A DNA stretch of 64,000 bases from Actinomycetes bacterium (GTDB taxonomy: Bacteria > Actinomycetota > Actinomycetes > S36-B12), in assembly GCA_965278965.1 (NCBI GenBank), contig OZ257127.1, positions 2,808,567 through 2,872,566 on the forward strand, written 5' to 3'. Below the pieces are notes generated by a model that worked only from the letters and a program-made list of their open reading frames with translations, made no database searches and had not been told where the DNA came from. Shown one piece after another: positions 35,360 to 42,307 of this stretch; the stretch's first letter is position 1, and every line of letters begins with the position of its first letter. The position numbers and the translations under genes were made by a program.

Positions 35360-36613
35360 TTAGCGGCGGCGCACCCGTACCGGGAGATCGAGGTAGCCGC
35401 GCAGGCCGTAGCTCGGCTCGTACCGCAGCGCATCCCGGTCGACGACCTCGACGGCGGTGACCGCCTTGCCGAGCTCGTGCAATGCAGCCTCGGACTCCAT
35501 CCGCGCCAGGCCGGCGCCGATGCAGACGTGGATCCCGTGACCGAACGCGAGGTGGTCGCGGACGTTGTCGCGCAGCGGGTCGTACGCGTCGGGATCCTCG
35601 AACGCAGCGTCGTCGCGGTTCGCGGACGCGTAGGCGAGGAAGACGGACGCACCCTCCGGGATCTGGACGCCACCGAGCTCGACGTCGCACGTCGTCACGC
35701 GCCACAGGCCCATGACCGGTGACGCCATCCGGATGCTCTCCTCGACGACGCCGCGGCGGAACGCCGCGTCGTCGCGCAGGCGGTCCCACACCAGCGGGTC
35801 CTTCGCGTGCATGCCGTCGATGTCGACGATCATCGAGGCGAGCGACCGGACCGTCGTCTCGTTGCCCGCGACGATGATCTCGCGGACGAACCACACGAGC
35901 TCGAGGTCGGACAGGGCGTTGCCGTCGTCGTCCGGCGCGACGAGCGCGGACAGCAGGTCGCCGCTGCGCGGGTGAGCCCGGTGCTCGGCGAGCAGCTCGC
36001 GCATGACCTGCTGGAACCGCAGCGTGTCGCGCTCGGTCTGCAGCCACTCGTCGGGGCTCAGCTTGCTGCCCATCGCCGCCGTCGCGGCTGCCGACCACTG
36101 CCGCAGCTCCGTTCGGTAGGAGTCGTCGACCCCGAGGATCCGCATGATCGCCCACACCGGCAGCGGCACGGTCAGGTGCTCCATGATGTCGATGACGTCG
36201 CCGTCCGGCAGCGCCGCGACGAGGTCACGCACGACGTCCTGGACCGGGCCGTCCATCTCGGCCAAGGCCCGCGGGGTGAACGCACGGTTGACCATCCGGC
36301 GGTACCGCGTGTGGACCGGCGGGTCGGAGGTTCCGAGCGCGGAGGCGTACGGCAGCCCCTGCGCGCGCAGGGCCTCGACCTCGGCAGCGATCTCCGGCGG
36401 CGGGGTGTCGCGGCGAGCCGGCGGGAAGATGTTCGAGTACCGGGTCGGGTCCATCAGGACCTCACGGACGAGGTCCCACGTCGTGACGAACCACAGCTCC
36501 TGCTCGCCGGGCACGCGGGAGACCGGTGCATCGCGGCGTAGCTGGGCGTACGTCGGGTACGGGTCCTGGTAGAAGGACGGCGCGTGCGGGTCGAAGGCGA
36601 AGGTCGCAGTCAT
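35360..36613 (-). CDS. cytochrome P450
   Basis: Heme-binding loop FGHGIHVCIGAGLA, EXXR motif (ESIRM) and I-helix (AGNETT). Confidence 0.9.
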   Translation of the reverse strand: MTATFAFDPHAPSFYQDPYPTYAQLRRDAPVSRVPGEQELWFVTTWDLVREVLMDPTRYSNIFPPARRDTPPPEIAAEVEALRAQGLPYASALGTSDPPVHTRYRRMVNRAFTPRALAEMDGPVQDVVRDLVAALPDGDVIDIMEHLTVPLPVWAIMRILGVDDSYRTELRQWSAAATAAMGSKLSPDEWLQTERDTLRFQQVMRELLAEHRAHPRSGDLLSALVAPDDDGNALSDLELVWFVREIIVAGNETTVRSLASMIVDIDGMHAKDPLVWDRLRDDAAFRRGVVEESIRMASPVMGLWRVTTCDVELGGVQIPEGASVFLAYASANRDDAAFEDPDAYDPLRDNVRDHLAFGHGIHVCIGAGLARMESEAALHELGKAVTAVEVVDRDALRYEPSYGLRGYLDLPVRVRRR

Positions 36614-36646
36614 GGGGGCTCCTCGTGGCCGGGGTACCTGGCCGAT

Positions 36647-36664
36647 CGTAGACGATTGTCTACG
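36647..36664. promoter_or_regulatory. Perfect palindrome CGTAGAC-gatt-GTCTACG between the TetR and P450 genes
   Basis: 7-bp arms read directly. Overlaps the TetR stop codon (36660-36662) and lies 34 nt upstream of the P450 ATG. Confidence 0.5.
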
Positions 36665-37205
36665 AAATCAGGGACTCTGTCAGCCGCATGACGCGATCGG
36701 CCTTGAGCCGCCGCGGTGGCGAGGTCGACATCGAGGCGCGGACGAGCTCCAGAACGCCGCCGACGAGGAAGCGCTCGGTCTCGACCCGGTCGTCCTCCGA
36801 CAGGCCGGGGCGGTTGCGGGCCACCAGGTCGCGGCACCACGGCCGGACGGTCTGCCGTAGGTGGTCGGAGACCTGCTGGGCGGCGAAGCTCGGGTGGACG
36901 TTGGCGTAGAGCACCCGATGCTGATCCGCCCAGGCGAGCACGCGGTGCACGGCATCGGCCGCGTCTGCGGCGTCCCGCACGGACTCGTCCATCTGCTGGG
37001 CCAGCGTGGTGACGATGAGATCGTCCCGGTCGGCGAAGTGCCGGTAGAACACCGGGCGGCTCACCTGGGCGCGGGCGACGAGGTCCGGGACGGAGATGTC
37101 CGCGATCGGACGCTCGAGCAGGAGGTCGAAGCCCGCCTGGAGGAGGGCGGCGCGGACCCGCTCGGCACGTGGGTCGGTGCTGGTCCCGCGGGGCCCGGTC
37201 GTCAT
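36660..37205 (-). CDS. TetR/AcrR family transcriptional regulator
   Basis: N-terminal HTH (RVRAALLQAGFDLLLERPIADISVPDLVARAQVSRPVFYRHF). ATGA overlap with the upstream gene. Confidence 0.85.
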   Translation of the reverse strand: MTTGPRGTSTDPRAERVRAALLQAGFDLLLERPIADISVPDLVARAQVSRPVFYRHFADRDDLIVTTLAQQMDESVRDAADAADAVHRVLAWADQHRVLYANVHPSFAAQQVSDHLRQTVRPWCRDLVARNRPGLSEDDRVETERFLVGGVLELVRASMSTSPPRRLKADRVMRLTESLIS

Positions 37206-38101
37206 CGCGGGTCCCCGGCGGCTGCCGCGACTGCTCGCAGTGCCTCCAGCAAGCGGTCTCGCAACGGGACCGTGGCCGTCATGAGGTCGCGCTGCCGGGA
37301 GGCGTACTCGCGTCGGCCGGCAGCGGTCTCGACGGGCACCGCCGCGAGCCCGTACGTCGACATGTCATACGGCGACGCCTGCATGTCCAGCTCGCGTGCC
37401 CGCGCCGCGTTCTCGAAGCAGTCAGCGACCAGGTCCGACCCCACGAACGGGGCGAACCACGACGCGTACTTGTAGAGGTCCATCGAGGCGTGCAGGCAGC
37501 CCGGCTGCTCGTCGTCCACCTGCGAGGCCCGGCTCGGCCGGCCCTCGTTGAGCGGCGTCGCCGCGGGGGTGAAGAACCTGTATGCGTCGACGTGGGTGCA
37601 CCGCAGGCCGACCTCGTCGACGGTGCGGGCGATCTCCGCCTGCGACAGGCGAAGCGGCACGTACGGGTGTCGGACGTCCGCCGGCTCCAGGCCATACGTC
37701 ATCGCCCACTCGTGCATCCCGAAGCAGCCCATCATCGGCGCACGGTCACGCGTGCCCGCGAGGATGGCGATCGCGACGCGCAGCCGCGGCAACCGCGCGG
37801 TGGTGGCGTCGGCCGTGACGCCGTTGGCGGTCTCCCGGTAGCCCTCCTCGACGAGGTAGCGGCGTGCCGCCTGCCCGCCCAGGACGACGTCGAGTCCGGG
37901 GTGCCAGGTGGCGAGCCGGCCGGGTGAGTACGGGTAGTAGTCGAAGAGGAAGTCCCACACGGCATGAGGGCGACCGCTCGACCGGCGCGCGAGCCGGTCC
38001 GCGACCCACGGCTGGACGCGGTCGGCGTGGGCGGCCGCCCGGGCCTGCCAGTCGTCCTCCGCGAGCACGACGACGGATCCGGCGGAGGCGGTGACGCTCA
38101 C
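37202..38101 (-). CDS. conserved actinobacterial protein of the family usually annotated 3-methyladenine DNA glycosylase-like
   Basis: Motifs VWDFLFDYYPYSPGRLATWHPG, FGMHEWAMTY and DAYRFFTP match my recollection of that family. GTG 38101 overlaps the upstream TGA (GTGA). Function is uncertain. Confidence 0.5.
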   Translation of the reverse strand: MSVTASAGSVVVLAEDDWQARAAAHADRVQPWVADRLARRSSGRPHAVWDFLFDYYPYSPGRLATWHPGLDVVLGGQAARRYLVEEGYRETANGVTADATTARLPRLRVAIAILAGTRDRAPMMGCFGMHEWAMTYGLEPADVRHPYVPLRLSQAEIARTVDEVGLRCTHVDAYRFFTPAATPLNEGRPSRASQVDDEQPGCLHASMDLYKYASWFAPFVGSDLVADCFENAARARELDMQASPYDMSTYGLAAVPVETAAGRREYASRQRDLMTATVPLRDRLLEALRAVAAAAGDPR

Positions 38102-39240
38102 CGTGGACCGTCCGAGGTCTGCGCCGTGAGGCCCATCGCCGCGCACCCCTCGACGAGGGCCGCCAGCCCGAACGCATCAGCGGGGCCAAGAGCGCCGACG
38201 CCGAGGTGGCGTCCAGTTCGCAGCATCGCCGCGGCCCACGCGAGTGCGTCCGCCGTGAGCGTGTAGCCGTTCGGACCGGTGACGACCGTCTGGACCAGCG
38301 TCCTGCCGACGCCGTCGCAGGCGCGCGCGACGACTAGCGACGACGACTGCGCGCGGCTCGCCGCATCGGGACCGGACCTGTCGCTCGGCCGCGCCATGGC
38401 GCCGACCGCGGCGGTCAGCCCGCGACCGACAACGGGCAGACGGGCCCCGGCCAGCGCGGCCCGCCGCGTGCGCTGCGTCCAGCCCGTCCACTTCCCGGCC
38501 CACCCCATGCCGACCTCGACGTCGCGGACGGCGTCGTCCTGGCGCGGCAGCGCGAACACCTCGCTCCCGCCGACCGGAAGGGCATCCAGCCGGCGGCCGT
38601 CGACCTCGAAGCGCAGGACGGGCGCCGATGCCTTGCTGACGACGCCGGCTCGCCGGCTGACCGGCGGCTCAAGTGCGGAGGCGAGGACGCTGGCCCGCGT
38701 GCCGCTGCTCATCGCCGCCGCCCCCCGAGTGAAGTAGCCCACCTGCACCACGCTCGGCGTCAGCCCCGCCGCACGGGCAGCCGCGATCGCCAGGGCGCCG
38801 GCGAGGTTGCCGGGCAGGAAGTCGTAGCCGAACGCGGGCAGCAGGCGCGCGCCGGTCGCGGCCGCTCGTGGGCCATCGGCCTCGAAGACGGTGCGGACGA
38901 ACGCCGGCTCGCCCGTGCTGTCGACGTAGGCGCAGCCCTGGGCCACGGCGGCGTCCACAGCGGCCCGACCGAGGCGGGTGAACGGTCCGACCGTCGAGAC
39001 GAGGACGTCGCCCGGGTCAGTGACGAGAGCCCGCACCGACGCCGGGTCCTCGACGTCCGCGACGGCCCACGACGGGGGCGTGTCCATCGGCCCCAGCCCC
39101 GCCAGGTCGCCGACGAGCTCGATCACGGCGTCGGCGGAGCGCCCGGCCAGGACCGGGGCCAGGCCGGCCCGCACCATCGCGTCGGCGGCGAGCCGGCCGG
39201 TGTAGCCGGTCGCGCCGAGGAGGACCACCCGTGGACTCAC
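38098..39240 (-). CDS. saccharopine dehydrogenase NADP-binding domain protein
   Basis: VVLLGATGYTGRL Rossmann motif at the N-terminus. The start is set at GTG 39240, in frame with ORF 38098-39294. Confidence 0.7.
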   Translation of the reverse strand: MSPRVVLLGATGYTGRLAADAMVRAGLAPVLAGRSADAVIELVGDLAGLGPMDTPPSWAVADVEDPASVRALVTDPGDVLVSTVGPFTRLGRAAVDAAVAQGCAYVDSTGEPAFVRTVFEADGPRAAATGARLLPAFGYDFLPGNLAGALAIAAARAAGLTPSVVQVGYFTRGAAAMSSGTRASVLASALEPPVSRRAGVVSKASAPVLRFEVDGRRLDALPVGGSEVFALPRQDDAVRDVEVGMGWAGKWTGWTQRTRRAALAGARLPVVGRGLTAAVGAMARPSDRSGPDAASRAQSSSLVVARACDGVGRTLVQTVVTGPNGYTLTADALAWAAAMLRTGRHLGVGALGPADAFGLAALVEGCAAMGLTAQTSDGPR

Positions 39241-39292
39241 GCTGCGGACGTTACCGGCGCCACGCCCGGGAACCGCCCCTAGAGTTCCCCGC

Positions 39293-40675
39293 ATGCCTGC
39301 TGATCACGTGTCCGCGTTCTGGCATCCGTTCGCCGACATGTCGTCGGTCGCCGGCCATGACCTCGTGATCGCGTCCGGCCGCGGGAGCACCGTCACGACC
39401 GAGGATGGTCGCGAGTTCCTCGACGCCACGGCCGGCCTCTGGTACTGCAACGTCGGCTACGGCCGCGAGGAGATCGGCGCGGCGGTCGCCCGGCAGATGT
39501 CGCAGATCGCGGCCTACTCGAACTTCGGCGACTTCGCGACGAGGCCCACGCTCGACCTCGCCGACCGGCTGGCCGCCATGGCGCCGGCCGCGGACACCCG
39601 GGTCTTCTTCACCAGCGGCGGCAGCGACGCCGTCGACACCGCGGTCAAGGTCGTCCGTCGCTACTGGAGCCTCGTCGGTCGGCCGCAGCGGACGATGATC
39701 CTCACGCGGACCCGCGCCTATCACGGCATGCATCTCGCCGGTACGTCGCTCGCCGGTATCCCGGCGAACCGCGAGGGTCATGGCCCGCTCGACAGCGAGG
39801 TCGAGCAGGTCGCGTGGGACGACTCGCAGGCGCTGGCCGACCGCATCGACGCGCTCGGCGCCGACCGGGTCGCCGCGTTCTTCTGCGAGCCGGTCATCGG
39901 TGCGGGCGGTGTCTACCCGCCGCCGCCGGGCTACCTCGAGGCGGTGCGGGCGGTGTGCGCGGACCGCGGGGTCCTGTTCGTCGCCGACGAGGTCATCACC
40001 GGCTACGGGCGCACCGGCCGGATGTTCGCGTCGACCGGACTCGACCCCGACCTGGTGCTGACGGCGAAGGGCCTGACCAGCGGCTACCTGCCCATGGGCG
40101 CGGTGCTGATCGCCGGCCGCGTCGCCGAGCCGTTCTGGACGACGCCGGGTCTGCTGTGGCGGCACGGCTACACCTACTCCGGGCACGCGAGCGCGGCGGC
40201 GGCCGCGATGGCAAACCTCGACATCGTGGAGTCCGAGCACCTCGTCGACCGCGTCGCGGACCTCCAGGTCACGCTGGCCGCGGCGCTCCAGCCGTTGCGC
40301 GCGCACGCCTGGGTCACCGACGTCCGGACCGGCTTCGGTCTGCTCGGTGCGGTCACGATCGACCCGGTCGTGCTCGCGGAGGCGCCGGCGACCCTCGGCC
40401 GGATCGTCGCGGGCATGCGCGAGCGGGGCGTGCTGACCCGCGGGCTGGCCGACGGGTCGTTGCAGATCTCGCCGCCGTTCGTCATCACCCGGGACGAGTT
40501 GCGGCGCCTCGCCGCGGCGATCGACGACACGCTCCTGGCGCTCGGGTCCACGCGGGCACGGGTTGCCAGCGGCGGCGAGGCGTTGCTGCCGGACGTGACC
40601 GGGGACGAGCGCGGCGGCTTCGTCAGCCTGGACGACCAGCTGCTCCGGGACGTCCCCCCGCACCACGGCGGCTAG
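39293..40675 (+). CDS. class-III (omega) aminotransferase
   Basis: 460 aa with GGSDAVDTAVK and DEVITGYGRTG motifs typical of the PLP fold-type I class III. Confidence 0.85.
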   Translation: MPADHVSAFWHPFADMSSVAGHDLVIASGRGSTVTTEDGREFLDATAGLWYCNVGYGREEIGAAVARQMSQIAAYSNFGDFATRPTLDLADRLAAMAPAADTRVFFTSGGSDAVDTAVKVVRRYWSLVGRPQRTMILTRTRAYHGMHLAGTSLAGIPANREGHGPLDSEVEQVAWDDSQALADRIDALGADRVAAFFCEPVIGAGGVYPPPPGYLEAVRAVCADRGVLFVADEVITGYGRTGRMFASTGLDPDLVLTAKGLTSGYLPMGAVLIAGRVAEPFWTTPGLLWRHGYTYSGHASAAAAAMANLDIVESEHLVDRVADLQVTLAAALQPLRAHAWVTDVRTGFGLLGAVTIDPVVLAEAPATLGRIVAGMRERGVLTRGLADGSLQISPPFVITRDELRRLAAAIDDTLLALGSTRARVASGGEALLPDVTGDERGGFVSLDDQLLRDVPPHHGG

Positions 40676-40696
40676 TCACGTCGTCGCTCGCCAACT

Positions 40697-40760
40697 CGTT
40701 GACTGTGCAGCTGAGCCCCGGTTGGTGCCGTTGAAGTGGGGCTCACCTGCACAGTCAACG
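40697..40760. terminator. Long hairpin (23-bp stem with 1 mismatch, 18-nt loop) between convergent genes
   Basis: cgttgactgtgcagctgagcccc / ggggctcacctgcacagtcaacg, read directly. Lies between the aminotransferase stop and the mscL stop. Confidence 0.7.
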
Positions 40761-40770
40761 AACGAAGGGG

Positions 40771-41166
40771 CTACTGCTGGCGCTGCGCCTTGAGCAGGTC
40801 GCGGATCTCGGTGAGCAGCGCGATGTCCTCGGGGGTGGCCGCGGCCTCCTCCTCGGCCGTCGCCTTGCCGGCCGCCAGCCGCTCGCGGAACTTGTTCATC
40901 GGCACCACGAAGATGAAGTAGATGACCGCGAGGGTGATCGCGAACGTGATGATCGCGTTGATCATCGCGGTGAAGTCGATGATCTGCCCGCGGATCTCGA
41001 TCGTCCCGGCGTTCACGCCGCCGCCGAGGAAGATCCCGATGATCGGCTTGATCAGCGCGCCGGTGAAGACGGCGATAAGGGCGGTGAAGGCCGCGCCGAC
41101 GACGACGGCGACAGCGAGATCGATGACGTTGCCGCGGAAGATGAACTCCCGAAAGCCCTTGATCAT
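40771..41166 (-). CDS. mscL: large-conductance mechanosensitive channel
   Basis: MIKGFREFIFRGNVIDLAVAVVVGAAFTALI is the canonical MscL N-terminus. Confidence 0.9.
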   Translation of the reverse strand: MIKGFREFIFRGNVIDLAVAVVVGAAFTALIAVFTGALIKPIIGIFLGGGVNAGTIEIRGQIIDFTAMINAIITFAITLAVIYFIFVVPMNKFRERLAAGKATAEEEAAATPEDIALLTEIRDLLKAQRQQ

Positions 41167-41213
41167 GGCTCCTCCTGACGAGGCATGCCCGGTGCCGGCC
41201 TCGTCCGGGGAAT

Positions 41214-41651
41214 CTAGCCGGTGCGGATCACCAGGGTCAGCGTCCGGCCGACGGCGGCGCTGAGCCGCAGACCCTCGGCGGCGGGCACGGCCAGCAGCAC
41301 GACGGCCGACGACGTCGAGCCGAATCCGCCCGAGGTCGCGGGCCGCAGGACACGCGCCGCGTCGGCGACGATCTCGGGCGCGGCAACGTCGTCGTCGGGC
41401 ACGGCGACGACATCGACCAGGTCCCCCGGGCCGACGGTCGCCGCGATCGCCGCACTGGCCAGGACCACGGGGACCGCCACCTCGCCGCGCCGCGGGGAGG
41501 TCTCGGACTGCGCATCCAGGCGGACATCGGCTGAGGTCGGGGGCGTGCGCAGCGCCGTCAGTGCGGCGAGCATCGCGGCAGCCGCGGCGACGGCGGCGAG
41601 CCCACGGCGATGCCGACGTGTGGCGGACTGGAGGCGAGCGGGCAGGTGCAC
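41214..41651 (-). CDS. SAF-domain / CpaB-like protein with N-terminal membrane anchor
   Basis: 145 aa with an anchor (LAAVAAAAAMLAALTAL). The position between fmdB and mscL is as in other Actinobacteria. The domain call is tentative. Confidence 0.5.
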   Translation of the reverse strand: MHLPARLQSATRRHRRGLAAVAAAAAMLAALTALRTPPTSADVRLDAQSETSPRRGEVAVPVVLASAAIAATVGPGDLVDVVAVPDDDVAAPEIVADAARVLRPATSGGFGSTSSAVVLLAVPAAEGLRLSAAVGRTLTLVIRTG

Positions 41652-41718
41652 GGCGCGACGCTAGGGCCGCCAGTCGATCAGGGCGACCGGCTGTCCACAG
41701 GCAGGCGGTGCGGCGGCG

Positions 41719-42117
41719 CTAGGAAGCGGCGGGCGTGCCCGAACTGCCGGACGAGCCGCTCGAGGACGAGCTGCCGGACGACGAGCCGCTGGAGGACGTG
41801 CTGCCGGACGACGAGCCGCCCGTCGTCGAGCCGGTCGACGAGGGGGTCGACGAGCCGGACGACGACCCGGAGTCGCCAGAGCCGGCGGAGGAGCTGCCGG
41901 AACCGGTGGAGGCCGACGTGGTGGCCGGGGTCTTGGCGTCGCGGGAGTCGGTCCGGTAGAAGCCCGAGCCCTTGAAGTGGATGCCGACGCCGGTGAACAG
42001 CTTGCGCACGCCGGGCGTCCCGCAGACCGGGCACTCGGTCAGCGTCGGGTCGGACATCTTCTGCTGGACCTCGTGCGTGGTGTCGCACGCCGCACAGGCG
42101 TACTCGTACGTGGGCAC
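41719..42117 (-). CDS. FmdB-family zinc-ribbon protein with a long Ser/Gly-rich tail
   Basis: VPTYEYACAACDTTHEV..CPVCG (CxxC..CxxC). AGGAGG RBS 6 nt upstream of GTG 42117. The C-terminal half is poly-Ser/Gly/Thr. Confidence 0.8.
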   Translation of the reverse strand: MPTYEYACAACDTTHEVQQKMSDPTLTECPVCGTPGVRKLFTGVGIHFKGSGFYRTDSRDAKTPATTSASTGSGSSSAGSGDSGSSSGSSTPSSTGSTTGGSSSGSTSSSGSSSGSSSSSGSSGSSGTPAAS

Positions 42118-42213
42118 GGATCCTCCTGGCACTCGCGGGTGAAGAGTGCTAAGTGTGCATCGGGCCGCGGCCTCGGCGCAAACCGCCCCCCCACGACGCC
42201 CCCCACCCCCGGG

Positions 42214-42269
42214 GATTCCATACGCCAGCGTCACTCGCGACATCGCTAGGGACGCTGGCGTATGGAATC
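42214..42269 (+). repeat. Hairpin repeat copy 1: perfect 19-bp stem GATTCCATACGCCAGCGTC, 18-nt loop
   Basis: Arms at 42214-42232 and 42251-42269 are perfectly complementary. Located 38 nt upstream of the acylase GTG, in a divergent intergenic region. Confidence 0.85.
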
Positions 42270-42307
42270 GGGGCCGGCCACGGCGGCTGCGCTTGTAGCG
42301 TGCCCGC

